The notes under the pieces were generated by a model. That model was given only the letters and a program-made list of their open reading frames with translations, did not search any database and was not told where the DNA came from. From contig CAZTEU010000004.1 in the NCBI GenBank assembly GCA_964612105.1, positions 60,897-124,101 on the forward strand: 63,205 nucleotides of DNA, in the 5' to 3' direction. Position numbers and translations under genes: made by a program. The DNA comes from an uncultured Gammaproteobacteria bacterium. Lineage in GTDB: Bacteria > Patescibacteriota > Patescibacteriia > Magasanikbacterales > UBA922. Of this stretch, positions 38,836 to 49,908 are shown piece after piece (within the stretch, counting starts at the first letter, position 1; each line of letters opens with the position of its first letter).

Positions 38836-40632
38836 ATGGATATTAGAAACATTGCAATTATTGCCCACGTAGATCATGGTAAGACAACTTTGACTGATGC
38901 ACTCATGCGTCAGACGGGAATGGTTGCAGATGACCAGTCTACTATGGATTCAAACGCTCTAGAACAAGAGCGTGGTATTACTATATATTCAAAAAATGCT
39001 TCTCTTAACTACAAGGATACAAAAATTAATATTGTAGACACTCCAGGACATGCAGATTTCGGATCAGAGGTGGAACGTGTGCTTCGTTCTATAGACTCTG
39101 TCTTACTATTGGTAGACGCACAAGAAGGTCCAATGCCACAAACTAAGTTTGTTCTCAAAAAAGCATTAGAACTTGGGCTAAAACCAATAGTTGTAATAAA
39201 CAAAATAGACAAACCAGCAGCAAGACCAGAAGAAGTGCACGATATGGTTCTAGAGCTTTTTATGGATCTTGGTGCCAATGATGAACAGCTCGACTTTATA
39301 ACTGTATATGCGATTGCTAAGCAAGGAATAGCTAAGAATAAAATGGAAGATGATTCGGACAACTTAGATCCTTTGTTGGGTACAATACTAGAGCATGTGC
39401 CACCAGCACCAAACGATACAGGCGCACCTTTTCGTATGCAACCATTTAACCTTGGTTATGATAGTTTTGTTGGGCGTTTAGCAGTTGGAAGAGTGTACGA
39501 AGGCGTAGTAAAAGTTGGTGATAATGTTTTTATTAAAAAACCAACCGGGGAAACAAGAAAAGGAAAGATTTCCAAATTATATACTTTTAAGGGGATGAAC
39601 AGAGTGGAATCTACAGAGGCCACTGCTGGAGATATAGTACAGATTGCTGGAATAGCAGATATATATATTGGAGAAACTATATCTGAGAGCGAAGATGCAG
39701 AGCCATTACCCGCCATTACAATAGATGAACCAACAATCTCTCTCTTCTTTCTTGTAAACAATTCTCCTTTTGCAGGACGAGAAGGGAAGTTTGTTACAAG
39801 TCGCCAGATTCGTGAACGATTAGAAAAAGAAGGGGAAGTAAACGTGGGTTTACGTATTGATTTTGCGGAAGGTGATGCGTTTAAGGTATACGGACGTGGA
39901 GAACTACACATTGCTATCCTTCTTGAAAACATGCGTCGCGAAGGTTTCGAACTGCAGATCTCACAACCTCAAGTTATATTAAAAGAAATAGATGGAGTAA
40001 AGAGTGAGCCTTTTGAGGAGGTAATAGTAGATGTACCAGAAGCAATGTCTGGAGCCGTGATTGAGAAACTATCCAAAAGAAAAGCATTAATGACAGCCAT
40101 GACACAGAATCATGGCCAAGCACGTCTTATTTTTGAGTGCCCAACCCGAGGACTACTCGGCTATCGTGGTGAATTTATTGTAGATACTCGCGGAGAAGGA
40201 ATTATGTCTAGTCGTGTAATTGGCTTCCGCCCATTTGTAGGGGAAATTAGCAAAAGCAACCTAGGCTCTATGATTTCTATGATTACAGGTAAGGCACTAG
40301 CTTTCTCACTTTTCAATTTACAAGATAGGGGCTCATTATATATTGGAGCCAATACAGAAGTATACGAAGGAATGGTTATTGGTAATACAGCAAAAGGATT
40401 GGACATGGCGGTTAATCCTATTAAAGGAAAACAACTTACAAACATGCGAGCTAGTGGAAGTGATGATGCTGTAAACTTAACCCCTCCGATTGAGATGACA
40501 CTAGAAAGAGGTCTAGAAATAATGAGCGACGATGAATATTTAGAGATAACCCCCGAAAGCATACGCCTAAGAAAACAGTTGCTAACTGAGAATGATAGGA
40601 TACGAGAGGGACGAGCTTCCAAGAAGAAATAA
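38836..40632 (+). CDS. typA: Translational GTPase TypA/BipA
   Basis: [36 protein letters not shown]. Confidence 0.97.
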   Translation: MDIRNIAIIAHVDHGKTTLTDALMRQTGMVADDQSTMDSNALEQERGITIYSKNASLNYKDTKINIVDTPGHADFGSEVERVLRSIDSVLLLVDAQEGPMPQTKFVLKKALELGLKPIVVINKIDKPAARPEEVHDMVLELFMDLGANDEQLDFITVYAIAKQGIAKNKMEDDSDNLDPLLGTILEHVPPAPNDTGAPFRMQPFNLGYDSFVGRLAVGRVYEGVVKVGDNVFIKKPTGETRKGKISKLYTFKGMNRVESTEATAGDIVQIAGIADIYIGETISESEDAEPLPAITIDEPTISLFFLVNNSPFAGREGKFVTSRQIRERLEKEGEVNVGLRIDFAEGDAFKVYGRGELHIAILLENMRREGFELQISQPQVILKEIDGVKSEPFEEVIVDVPEAMSGAVIEKLSKRKALMTAMTQNHGQARLIFECPTRGLLGYRGEFIVDTRGEGIMSSRVIGFRPFVGEISKSNLGSMISMITGKALAFSLFNLQDRGSLYIGANTEVYEGMVIGNTAKGLDMAVNPIKGKQLTNMRASGSDDAVNLTPPIEMTLERGLEIMSDDEYLEITPESIRLRKQLLTENDRIREGRASKKK

Positions 40633-40678
40633 AATAAAACCGGACATTTCCGGTTTTATTAATTACATTGCTAAACAA

Positions 40679-41614
40679 TTAAAATATGCCTTCGCTATAC
40701 GTCTTCTCATATCTTTCTCCAAACTCTTCCATAGTAAAACTATGATTCTGTGTTCCATAGTGTTCTATCGCATAACTCGCACACACACTAGCGACCTGCC
40801 CACAGACTTTGTATTCTAATCCTTTCGTATAAGCCCAGAAAAATCCTGCTCTGTACGCATCTCCAGCACCTGTTGGGTCTTCTATGGACTGAGGGGGGCA
40901 GGGGGCTATTTCTAGTATACCAAGCTTAGATGTAATAACAGATCCTTTTTCTCCAAGAGTAGTTATTAGCACTTCTACATGATTTAATAATTCTTTTGCA
41001 TCCCAACCAGTTTTTTCCTGTATTAATCTCATCTCATAATCGTTTCCAATAAGAAACTTTGCCTGCCCAATAGCTCCCATTAATTCTTGTGGGCTTAGTG
41101 CAGTGATTTGTTGACCTGGATCGAAACAAAATGGGATTTTTTCATCATAGCACTGCAATGCATGATTAATCATTACATCTTTCTGCGTTGGTGCAATGAT
41201 TGCAAGCTCTACACCTTCCGCATCTTTAACAGATAATGAGAGAGACTCTTCATCTGGTCCAGGGTGATATGCAGCCACCTGATTATCCTCTTTGTCTGTT
41301 GTAATATGAGCACTAGTTGTTAATTTATCTTTTGACTGAACAATATATTTTGTATCTATACCGTGTTTTTCAAACCAGCTAGCGTAATCTTTAGCATCTG
41401 TACCAAGTGCGCCAAATACAACTGGACTACCTCCAAGTAATTTTGTGGTATATGCAATATTACCCGCTGTACCACCAAAATTCCTCTCTAATCTGTTTAC
41501 TACAAAACATACATTCAATATATGTATCTGATCCGGCAATATATGGTTCTTAAAACTATCTGGAAAGGTCATTATATAGTCGTACGCAATGGAACCAGAG
41601 ATAAGAGTGGACAT
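40679..41614 (-). CDS. PfkB-family kinase (adenosine kinase-like)
   Basis: GSIAYD, GGTAGN, DPTGAGDAYRAG. Confidence 0.85.
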   Translation of the reverse strand: MSTLISGSIAYDYIMTFPDSFKNHILPDQIHILNVCFVVNRLERNFGGTAGNIAYTTKLLGGSPVVFGALGTDAKDYASWFEKHGIDTKYIVQSKDKLTTSAHITTDKEDNQVAAYHPGPDEESLSLSVKDAEGVELAIIAPTQKDVMINHALQCYDEKIPFCFDPGQQITALSPQELMGAIGQAKFLIGNDYEMRLIQEKTGWDAKELLNHVEVLITTLGEKGSVITSKLGILEIAPCPPQSIEDPTGAGDAYRAGFFWAYTKGLEYKVCGQVASVCASYAIEHYGTQNHSFTMEEFGERYEKTYSEGIF

Positions 41615-41715
41615 ATTCTTGTTTATTAATTTAGTCAGTCTAATTTAACAGATTTGGAGGTTTTTCTCAATGCCTCTTGACAAAACAACCATTTTTTGTA
41701 TATACTGGGGTCAAC

Positions 41716-41928
41716 ATGGAGGGTATCGTGTGCAAACAACCTGATCAACCTGAGACAGGCGACAGCCTTCTCACTTTGCCACAACGGCGCTTGGACGAGG
41801 TGTTCCACTTCTGGTCTTGCGATTGCGGACCGAGACAGTCTCACCTCTCACCTCTCTTCCTGGAGGCGTACAAGCCCCCGCCGGACGAGGGTGTTCTCAA
41901 GAAAGAGGACAAGCCGGAGGCGGCATGA
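41716..41928 (+). CDS. GC-rich small orphan (Cys-containing)
   Basis: TTGACA-17-TATACT promoter; start uncertain. Confidence 0.45.
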   Translation: MEGIVCKQPDQPETGDSLLTLPQRRLDEVFHFWSCDCGPRQSHLSPLFLEAYKPPPDEGVLKKEDKPEAA

Positions 41929-42044
41929 CCGACGAACAAACAGGCTGGAGCGAGGATTACAAGGAGGATCCAGCCACCCAGCCAAATAAAAAACGGCACT
42001 AGTGCCATTTTTTTATTATACAATTTTCTTTATTAACTATGTGC

Positions 42045-42521
42045 TTACACAAACTCCTTGGTTATCTTTTGCTTTCGCCTATACAGTATCAGCATTCCCA
42101 TGATAAACAATATTGTGGATGTTGTTGCAGAACCCATGCAGTATATGCATATTTCATGAAGTACAAATAATTGTAAATATACAAACCATGCGGAGGCGAG
42201 CAAGCCTGCTATAGGTGCCCAGGTGAGATACTTGAGCAAGAGACCTTTTTTTGTATCAAGGTAAGCAATGCTTATGATAAATATGCTTAAGTAGAACAAA
42301 GACCCACCCAAAGCTACAGGAATACCAAACACAGTAGAATATTTACTTGTTGTTACAGCATTACACCCACCGTGTACTCCACATGACAGTGCAGTACCAG
42401 AATAGTGTTTGAACGTGAGGAAAGTAGCGTCTGCAAATCCAAACAGAGCGACAACAAGCATTATTATTACAATATAATTAGTTGTTAATTGCTTCTTCGA
42501 TAAGAGCTTTAAACCCATCAT
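42045..42521 (-). CDS. Vitamin K epoxide reductase family (VKOR)
   Basis: C-x5-C loop, CIYC motif, four TM; start uncertain. Confidence 0.9.
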   Translation of the reverse strand: MMGLKLLSKKQLTTNYIVIIMLVVALFGFADATFLTFKHYSGTALSCGVHGGCNAVTTSKYSTVFGIPVALGGSLFYLSIFIISIAYLDTKKGLLLKYLTWAPIAGLLASAWFVYLQLFVLHEICIYCMGSATTSTILFIMGMLILYRRKQKITKEFV

Positions 42522-43107
42522 ATGATCCTGGATTAGTTATTTGTTTACCGTTTAGGAAAAACGTTGGTGTTCCAGATAATGAACTTGCGCTATCTTCATC
42601 TCGCTGTACCTTATCCCTAACCCCTTCACTGCTAAAGTCACTTTCAAACTGATCCAAATCTAAACCAAGAGATTCTGCAAGCTTCTCAAACAATATCTCT
42701 GGTGCAGGATCATTTTCCCAGGTTGACTGTGTATTAAAAATCATATCATGCATTTCCCAGAACTTTCCTTGTTTTCCAGCTGCTTCTGATGCTTGAGCAG
42801 CAGAAACTGCATTGTTGTGCATTTGTCTTAATGGATAGTGTCTGTAAACAAACTTCAGATCATTAGGAAACTCATTTACAAGCTGTTTTATTACAGGGTA
42901 CACTCCAGCACACCCAGGACATTGGAAGTCACTGTATTCCACTAGTACAGCCTTACCATTTTCCGCTCCTTTATAATTATCTTCTGAGGATACAGCAAGA
43001 GGTAGCGAGCCTCCTACTACTCCAGGACCACTGCTTAATTTTGCTAGTCCAAAAACCATTATTAATAATCCTCCAACTACAAGTGTCCAAAGTAAAGTTT
43101 TATTCAT
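42478..43107 (-). CDS. DsbA-family thiol-disulfide oxidoreductase
   Basis: EYSDFQCPGC and GTPTFF. Confidence 0.92.
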   Translation of the reverse strand: MNKTLLWTLVVGGLLIMVFGLAKLSSGPGVVGGSLPLAVSSEDNYKGAENGKAVLVEYSDFQCPGCAGVYPVIKQLVNEFPNDLKFVYRHYPLRQMHNNAVSAAQASEAAGKQGKFWEMHDMIFNTQSTWENDPAPEILFEKLAESLGLDLDQFESDFSSEGVRDKVQRDEDSASSLSGTPTFFLNGKQITNPGSYDGFKALIEEAINN

Positions 43108-43145
43108 AGGTATATATTATTTTATGACTAAAGTATTATAGCAAA

Positions 43146-44453
43146 TTATACGCGATCTAACACGCACAAGCCTTCTATATGTGGTGTGCGCGGGAAAAAG
43201 TTATAGAGTTTAATAAACGAGGGTCTATAATGCTCCTCCAGCAATCTAATATCGCGTGCTTGTGTTGCGATGTTGCATGACAGGTAGATAATTCTAGGTG
43301 GCTTTTTAATTAGTAATCTATTAATTATCTTGTGGTGCAGACCTGCTCTTGGAGGGTCCACAATGATTGTGTGATTACTTGTTATAACTTCTGTAATTTG
43401 TTCTGCAGGCATACAATGAGCCTCGCAATTATTAATTCCATTTATTTCTATATTCTGTTGAGCATACTCTATAGCTTCTTTATTGCTGTCCACTAAAATT
43501 GTTTCATCACGATTGTATGAGATAGGCAAACTAATTGCTCCAACTCCTGAATAAAAATCTATCAGAGGTGTTTTTGGTGAGACAAAAGCGTTTATGTCAT
43601 CCAATGCCTGAGAGAACATTGGAATATTTATCTGGAAAAAACTCAAAGCACCAAACTTTAGTTTTGTTCCCTTAATGTCTGCAATTAAATAGTCCTGCCC
43701 ATTGGAAAATAATAGTTTGGTGGGAACAGAAGCGGGGGATTTATGGGTAGAATAATATAATTGGAACCCTAAAAAATTCTCATTTAGTGGAGGGTATGAA
43801 TCAAATACCAGCTCATCTTTGATAAACAAGGCGCATATAGCTTTTCCATCTCCATTACTTCTTACAACTAGGCTTTTTAGGCTCCTCATTGGTATTTTTT
43901 GCTCATTAACCCATTTTAATATGTTCTGAGCTACCTCATTAATAACAGATTCTGCAAGAGAGCTCTCGTCTATTGGTGTTTTGTACTTTTGACCTCTCTC
44001 AAAAAAAGCTAGAGACACCGGCTCATATTCCGCACTGTTCTGATAATCCTGTTCCACATTAGTAGGAGCAAAACTAAACTCAATTTTATTCCTATACCCA
44101 TATTGCGTGTTATCACAAGCAATCTCTGGAGGATTGGAAGAAAGAATAAGTCCTCCTATTTTTCCGTACTGCTCTATCGCTATATTTTTTTTGTAATAAT
44201 TCTCCCTGTCCCAATCCAAGATTTGCCATGGAGAGGAGGAGAGAAAATGAGGGTCTTGTGATGCTACTCTCTCTGGAGATGCTTTAATGATATTTCTTGC
44301 TACAGCTTCTGTATAGTCCTTTTTCCTTTTAATAACCTCAATTTCCACTTCTTCACCAGGAAGAGCATTCCACACAAAAACCACCTGCCCGTTTTCTAGA
44401 CGAGCTAAACCCTGCCCTCCATTTACAAGTTTTTCTATTACAACTTTTTCCAT
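43146..44453 (-). CDS. RNA m5U methyltransferase (RlmD/TrmA family)
   Basis: TRAM domain, DFYSGVG, DPPRAG, LSCN, FFPRTPHIE. Confidence 0.9.
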   Translation of the reverse strand: MEKVVIEKLVNGGQGLARLENGQVVFVWNALPGEEVEIEVIKRKKDYTEAVARNIIKASPERVASQDPHFLSSSPWQILDWDRENYYKKNIAIEQYGKIGGLILSSNPPEIACDNTQYGYRNKIEFSFAPTNVEQDYQNSAEYEPVSLAFFERGQKYKTPIDESSLAESVINEVAQNILKWVNEQKIPMRSLKSLVVRSNGDGKAICALFIKDELVFDSYPPLNENFLGFQLYYSTHKSPASVPTKLLFSNGQDYLIADIKGTKLKFGALSFFQINIPMFSQALDDINAFVSPKTPLIDFYSGVGAISLPISYNRDETILVDSNKEAIEYAQQNIEINGINNCEAHCMPAEQITEVITSNHTIIVDPPRAGLHHKIINRLLIKKPPRIIYLSCNIATQARDIRLLEEHYRPSFIKLYNFFPRTPHIEGLCVLDRV

Positions 44454-44555
44454 AATGAGCTCTACTTTGCCATACATGCAGTAAACAATCAAGGTTGACA
44501 AAACAGCATGTGTGATGTATAAGTGTAATTAACCAGAACCTATGGAGGGAGAACC

Positions 44556-44906
44556 ATGAGAAACCCCGAGAGAAAGGAGGTCCTTTGTCGCTTGCGAAGC
44601 CACGCGTTGCAACACCGAAGAGTGCCTGGGAAGATGTTGGCGAAGAAGCATCTTCGCACAGCTATGATTCTCAGTCATATGCTTCGGAGTCGTAAACCTG
44701 TGGTTGAAAACACCACATGTCGACTTGCAAGAGCTGTTCGTGAGAACGATACCTATGTCGCAAAGCTGATGTGCTTGGCACTCAAGCAAATGAAGTTGTC
44801 ATACTCCGAGACAGCGAAACTCGTCAGCATTGCTGCGACTGCCAGTACAAGTGAAATGCAGTGTGCGATTAGTTCCACTGTTGCTCACATACGCTGCGCC
44901 GAGTGA
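44556..44906 (+). CDS. Basic GC-rich orphan
   Basis: TTGACA promoter, GGAGG SD, 3' hairpin. Confidence 0.6.
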   Translation: MRNPERKEVLCRLRSHALQHRRVPGKMLAKKHLRTAMILSHMLRSRKPVVENTTCRLARAVRENDTYVAKLMCLALKQMKLSYSETAKLVSIAATASTSEMQCAISSTVAHIRCAE

Positions 44907-45037
44907 ATGAAGGAGAACAACCTGCTCCGAGGTGTACAATTGAGTCCACCTCGGTTGCACACTTCATAAAACTGCGAAAGCAGGTTTTTTTATTTTGTAT
45001 ATAATGTTAATATAAATAGGTATTAATAATTATATAT

Positions 45038-45679
45038 ATGAATAAACTAAACAAGCTTGCCACACTACTATTTATGCTGGTAATTATTGGTGCGGGTTGT
45101 AGCGTAGCAACACCTGCAGATGTTGAAGAACAAGACGAAGTAAAACAGATTGAGGAAGTAGAGAAGGTGGCTGATGTGGCTATTGAAAAAATAAAGAAAC
45201 AGGAAACACCTTCCGCACCAAAGACAGAAGAAGTTCCAGTAGTGGATACATCTGAAAAAGACACAGTAAAAGAAACACCTGTCGAGGAGAAAGTAAAAAC
45301 CTTTTCGTTTACAGGAAAAAGACTTGCAGGCAACAACGCTCCGTTTATAGATTTCAATAAGACGGACTACGATAATGCTCTAAGGGAGAACAGAGTTGTT
45401 ATGTTGTATTTCTATGCAACGTGGTGTCCTTTATGCATAGCAGAATTAAAAGAAACCAGAACATTTTTTAATGAACTAGAAGACAAAAGAGTGGTTGGCT
45501 TGCGTGTAAACTTCAAAGATGGGAACACAGATGATTTCGAAAAACAACTTGCAAAAGAGTTTGGGGTGGCTTATCAGCACACAAAAGTTATATTAAAAGA
45601 TGGTGTAAGGGTGCTAAAGAAGCCAGACACATGGAGAAAAGATCGTTATCATGAAGAAATAAATAAAATATTAAACTAA
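45038..45679 (+). CDS. Thioredoxin-like lipoprotein
   Basis: Lipobox-like IGAGC; FYATWCPLC. Confidence 0.85.
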   Translation: MNKLNKLATLLFMLVIIGAGCSVATPADVEEQDEVKQIEEVEKVADVAIEKIKKQETPSAPKTEEVPVVDTSEKDTVKETPVEEKVKTFSFTGKRLAGNNAPFIDFNKTDYDNALRENRVVMLYFYATWCPLCIAELKETRTFFNELEDKRVVGLRVNFKDGNTDDFEKQLAKEFGVAYQHTKVILKDGVRVLKKPDTWRKDRYHEEINKILN

Positions 45680-45683
45680 TAAT

Positions 45684-46388
45684 ATGCAAGAAGGAACATT
45701 ATTATTTGCACTTGTGGCAGGAGCTGTCTCGTTTCTGTCGCCGTGTGTTTTACCTATTATTCCAGGCTATCTTTCGTATCTAGCGGGAGGTTCTGGAAAA
45801 GACGGAGAAGCTACGCGTAAAGATATATTTGTTACAAGTATATTTTTTGTGCTTGGTTTTTCTGCTGTATTTTCTGCTGTAGGCGTCCTACTAAACTCAG
45901 CTCTAGAAGCGGTTGCTTATGATGCGCAGCTTTGGATGTCCAGGATTGGTGGGGTAATTATTATTTTCTTTGGTCTTTACCTAATGGGATTATTAAAGAT
46001 AAAATTTTTGCAAGGAGAGCACAGGTTACGAATAACACATAAGTTTAAGTCTAAAAAATTATCCGCATTTGTTTTTGGTTCCGCTTTTGCGGTTGGTTGG
46101 AGCCCTTGTGTGGGAGCTGTACTAGGAGGAATATTAGCCTTGGCTGCAACACAACCAGGCATAGCGTTTAGTTTGCTGTTAAGCTATTCAATAGGTTTTG
46201 GTATTCCATTTTTAATTGTAGGGGCATTTACTAGTCAGGCAGCGAATATAATTAATAAATATGCTCACATATTGAAGTATATAAATATCTTTTTTGGATT
46301 ATTACTTATCGTACTAGGTGTGCTTATTTTCAATCAAACACTTAGTCAGTACGCAAGTTTTGAGATATTAAACAACCTACTCTACTAA
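45684..46388 (+). CDS. Cytochrome c biogenesis CcdA / DsbD-like protein
   Basis: SFLSPCVLP and WSPCVG. Confidence 0.92.
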   Translation: MQEGTLLFALVAGAVSFLSPCVLPIIPGYLSYLAGGSGKDGEATRKDIFVTSIFFVLGFSAVFSAVGVLLNSALEAVAYDAQLWMSRIGGVIIIFFGLYLMGLLKIKFLQGEHRLRITHKFKSKKLSAFVFGSAFAVGWSPCVGAVLGGILALAATQPGIAFSLLLSYSIGFGIPFLIVGAFTSQAANIINKYAHILKYINIFFGLLLIVLGVLIFNQTLSQYASFEILNNLLY

Positions 46389-46469
46389 TAATAAACACAA
46401 AAGAGCCTATTAGGGCTCTTTTTGATTGACAAAAACCTATTTTTATGTAAAACTGTTAATGTTTATAAC

Positions 46470-46703
46470 ATGGAGGTGATTGTGCACTGGGCTGAGAAAG
46501 CAAACCGCATCGTGCGTTTTGTCATCCTCATTATGGTCTGCATCCTGCTTGTTCAGTTGAGCGAGTGTGGTCTGTACTATTGTAGGTTGCAGATTGTGTC
46601 TTTGGTTAAATCCAAGCGCATCGTCTTGGTTGAGGTCGAGAAGGTAATCGACCAAAAAACCAAGATTGTCTGCGATGAGAGTGGGGAAGGTGTCTGTTTG
46701 TAA
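46470..46703 (+). CDS. Small orphan with one TM segment
   Basis: TTGACA-17-TAAAACT, GGAGGTG; hydrophobic N-terminal half. Confidence 0.45.
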   Translation: MEVIVHWAEKANRIVRFVILIMVCILLVQLSECGLYYCRLQIVSLVKSKRIVLVEVEKVIDQKTKIVCDESGEGVCL

Positions 46704-46788
46704 CCCTGTGGCACACAAAGGAGTAAAATACCCGCCACAATGTGTGTTTCCAATAATTGGAACTATACATTGGTGCGGGTATTTTGTT

Positions 46789-47415
46789 TTATTTATTATT
46801 TCTTATCTTGTTCGAGATAGTGTCATTACCACTCTTGTTTCTTGCTGTACTAAAGACTCTTCCATACATTATCATACGCAATGTAAAAAACCTCCACTCT
46901 TTTTTTGGGATAAGTTTCATTAAATCTTGCTCTATCCTTTTTGCATCTTTATGTTTTGTTAATCCAAACTGTCTAGACAGTCTAATAACATGAGTATCTA
47001 CCGCTATTCCTTCTGTAATATTATAAGCAGAAGCAAGAAAGACGTTTGCTGTTTTTCTTCCAACACCAGGAAGTGTGATTAGTTCCGCAATTGTTTTTGG
47101 GATTCTTCCCCCAAACTCTTTCTTAATTTTTTTTGCGGAATGTACAATGTTTTTAGCCTTGTTTTTATAAAGTCCAATGGAATTTATATCTCTTTCAAAA
47201 GTTTTTATGTTTTCCCTTGCAAAATCATCTAGTTTTTTATATTTTTTAAACAAATTTTTTGTAACCTTGTTTACCTGTTTGTCTGTTGTCTGTGCAGATA
47301 GTATTATTGCTACTAAAAACTGAAACCTGCTTCTATAGTTTAGGGCAGGTCTTACTTTTGGGAATAGTTTTTTTAACTCTCTAAGTATAATTTTTACTCG
47401 CTCTTCTTTTTTCAT
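46789..47415 (-). CDS. nth: Endonuclease III-like HhH-GPD glycosylase lacking the Fe-S cluster
   Basis: LSAQTTD, LPGVGRKTANV, AVDTH; no cysteines. Confidence 0.88.
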   Translation of the reverse strand: MKKEERVKIILRELKKLFPKVRPALNYRSRFQFLVAIILSAQTTDKQVNKVTKNLFKKYKKLDDFARENIKTFERDINSIGLYKNKAKNIVHSAKKIKKEFGGRIPKTIAELITLPGVGRKTANVFLASAYNITEGIAVDTHVIRLSRQFGLTKHKDAKRIEQDLMKLIPKKEWRFFTLRMIMYGRVFSTARNKSGNDTISNKIRNNK

Positions 47416-47422
47416 ACCTTTT

Positions 47423-48694
47423 TTACTCTGTCCTTATGGCATCTATTGGGTCTAGTTCTGCAGCTTTTCTTGCTGGGTATAGTCCAAACAATAATCCTAC
47501 AGCTGTAGAAAAGGACACGCTTAATAGTATAGAGAATATAGATATCCTAAAGGTCCAGGCTAGTCCTTGGTATTGTGCTCCAAACGCAATTAGTCCAGAC
47601 ACAAGTACTCCAAAGAATATACCAACAACCCCACCTATACCTGTTATTACAACTGCTTCTGTAAGGAATTGGTGCAAAATATCTTTTTTGGATGCTCCTA
47701 CAGATTTTCTTAAGCCTATCTCAAAGGTTCTTTCTGCAACAGAAACATACATCACATTCATAATACCAACCCCTCCTACTAATAGTGAAATTGCAGACAA
47801 TGCAATAAGGAGCCAGGTTATTCCTAAGATAATTGTGCCAACTATCTCTAATGATTCTGTCATGGTAGTTACAGAGAAATCATCTTTGTCTGGATCTGTG
47901 ATATCGTGGCGATCACGCATAAGCCACCTAATTTCCTCAGCTGTTGTCTCAGCGATGCTATTGTCTATGGTCTGCCCAATAATCCATAAGACATGGTCTA
48001 CTCCCATAATCTTTTTTTGCACAGTTTTTAGGGGGATATACACCAGGGAATCCATATCGAAAAAACCAGCAGAACCTTTACTTTCCATCACTCCTAGTAC
48101 TTCGAAGGATTTTCCATCTACTTTTATTTGCTTACCAGAAGGATCTTCATTTCCAAACAGCGTTTCAGCTGTTTTAGCGCCCAGCACAATCACCTGAGAC
48201 GCAGATTTTTCTTCACTGCTTGTAAAAAACCTTCCTGTTTTGGGCTTACCTTTATCTATTTCAAAAAATTCAGCAGTTACACTAAATACCGTTGGTCTTA
48301 TCTTCTCACTTTGGTATGACGTAACAACCTGCGTTGTAATACCTGCATACGCGTTTCCAATATTATCTAGATCACGTATAGCCTCCATATCTTTTCTTGT
48401 AAGAGACGTTATACTAACCCCGCGTGCGAGCCCTTGAACATTGTCCATAGAGGCTTTACCAGTGGAAGGAACTTTTATTTCTACATCTATCCAGTTATCA
48501 CCAAAAGAAGAAATCTCCTCCATTATTATTCCCCTAAGACCATGTCCTGCCGATAACACAATAATCACCATCCCTATACCAATCATAACTCCAAAGACTG
48601 TCAAAAAACTACGTATCTTATTTTTCTTAAACGTCTCAAACGCAGATATGAAAATTGCTTCCCAGTGATTTTTATTCATAACGCAATGCATCAA
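47423..48694 (-). CDS. ABC permease (MacB/FtsX family)
   Basis: RSFLTVFGVMIG, GGVGIMNVM, ERTFEIGLRKSVGA. Confidence 0.92.
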   Translation of the reverse strand: MMHCVMNKNHWEAIFISAFETFKKNKIRSFLTVFGVMIGIGMVIIVLSAGHGLRGIIMEEISSFGDNWIDVEIKVPSTGKASMDNVQGLARGVSITSLTRKDMEAIRDLDNIGNAYAGITTQVVTSYQSEKIRPTVFSVTAEFFEIDKGKPKTGRFFTSSEEKSASQVIVLGAKTAETLFGNEDPSGKQIKVDGKSFEVLGVMESKGSAGFFDMDSLVYIPLKTVQKKIMGVDHVLWIIGQTIDNSIAETTAEEIRWLMRDRHDITDPDKDDFSVTTMTESLEIVGTIILGITWLLIALSAISLLVGGVGIMNVMYVSVAERTFEIGLRKSVGASKKDILHQFLTEAVVITGIGGVVGIFFGVLVSGLIAFGAQYQGLAWTFRISIFSILLSVSFSTAVGLLFGLYPARKAAELDPIDAIRTE

Positions 48695-49898
48695 TAGGAT
48701 TAAGCTCCGCAGCTTTTTTTGCTGGGACTATACCAAAAACAAGGCCGATTATAGAAGAAACTCCGAATGCAACAACAATAGAAGTGGGGGATATTATGAA
48801 AGAGTAATCATATCCAAGAGACTGGACAATCTTTGCTATTACAAATGATATTAACAAGCCAAGTATCACCCCGATTGCTCCAGCAACAGCAGAGATAACA
48901 ACTGTTTCGGACAGGAACTGTAGCATGATGTCCCTGCTTTTTGCTCCTACAGACTTACGCAAACCTATTTCTTTTGTTTTTTCTCTTACAGCAATAAGCA
49001 TAATGTTCATTATCCCCACGCCTCCCACAAAAAGAGAGATTGCTGCTATGGCTACAAGAAAAAACTTTAATGAGTTTGTTATTGTTGTTAGCATTGTTAA
49101 CATGTCTTCTAGTGTGCGTACTGAGAAGTCAGTGTCATTGTGTCTCTCAAAAAGAGTTTGCTTAATTTCCTCAACACTTTGACGAAGATATTTTTCATCA
49201 TCAATTCTTATTCTTAGGAATGAAACATGTCTAACACCCATAAGATCTCTTTGTGCTGTTGGCAATGGGATAAGTACAGCATTGTCTAGGTTCTCAAATC
49301 CGCTAGACCCTTTTTCCTTGAGAACACCAATTACCTTAAACTGTTTTCTCTTTAGTTTTACATTTTCTCCTATTGGGCTTTGGTTAGAAAACAACTCTTT
49401 TGCTATTTCAGAACCCAAGATCATTACACGTGAGTGTCCAGCCTCTTCTCCTTCATCAAAAAATCTTCCTAAATCCATTTCTCCTTTCTCCTGCTCTAGA
49501 TAACTTGCGTTTGTGCCAGTGTATGTGACAGAACGCTCTACATTTTGGTATCTTAGGATATCATTTCCAGAAATATAACTGGTTACGAGGCGGACATGAG
49601 AGGTATTGTGCCTGTCCAACAAAGCTTTACCATCTTCATCTGTGAGGGTTGTTATAATAATTCCCATTGCTTGTGCAGGAGGACCCGTTTCTTCTGATGC
49701 TCCTGCAAGTACAGCAATCTGGTCTGTACCACGGCGTTGTATTTGATTGGTAATTAGGCTTTGCGCACCAGCACCTACTGACATAACTAGTACAACAGAC
49801 ATGATTCCAATAATAAGACCAAGCATCGTAAGAATCGTGCGTCTTCTGTTAACGTGTAAATTATTCCAGGCGATTTTAGCCACCTCTTTATTTTCCAT
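48672..49898 (-). CDS. ABC permease (MacB/FtsX family)
   Basis: RTILTMLGLIIG, GGVGIMNIM, EIGLRKSVGA. Confidence 0.92.
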   Translation of the reverse strand: MENKEVAKIAWNNLHVNRRRTILTMLGLIIGIMSVVLVMSVGAGAQSLITNQIQRRGTDQIAVLAGASEETGPPAQAMGIIITTLTDEDGKALLDRHNTSHVRLVTSYISGNDILRYQNVERSVTYTGTNASYLEQEKGEMDLGRFFDEGEEAGHSRVMILGSEIAKELFSNQSPIGENVKLKRKQFKVIGVLKEKGSSGFENLDNAVLIPLPTAQRDLMGVRHVSFLRIRIDDEKYLRQSVEEIKQTLFERHNDTDFSVRTLEDMLTMLTTITNSLKFFLVAIAAISLFVGGVGIMNIMLIAVREKTKEIGLRKSVGAKSRDIMLQFLSETVVISAVAGAIGVILGLLISFVIAKIVQSLGYDYSFIISPTSIVVAFGVSSIIGLVFGIVPAKKAAELNPIDALRYE

Positions 49899-49908
49899 GC
49901 AAAAGACT

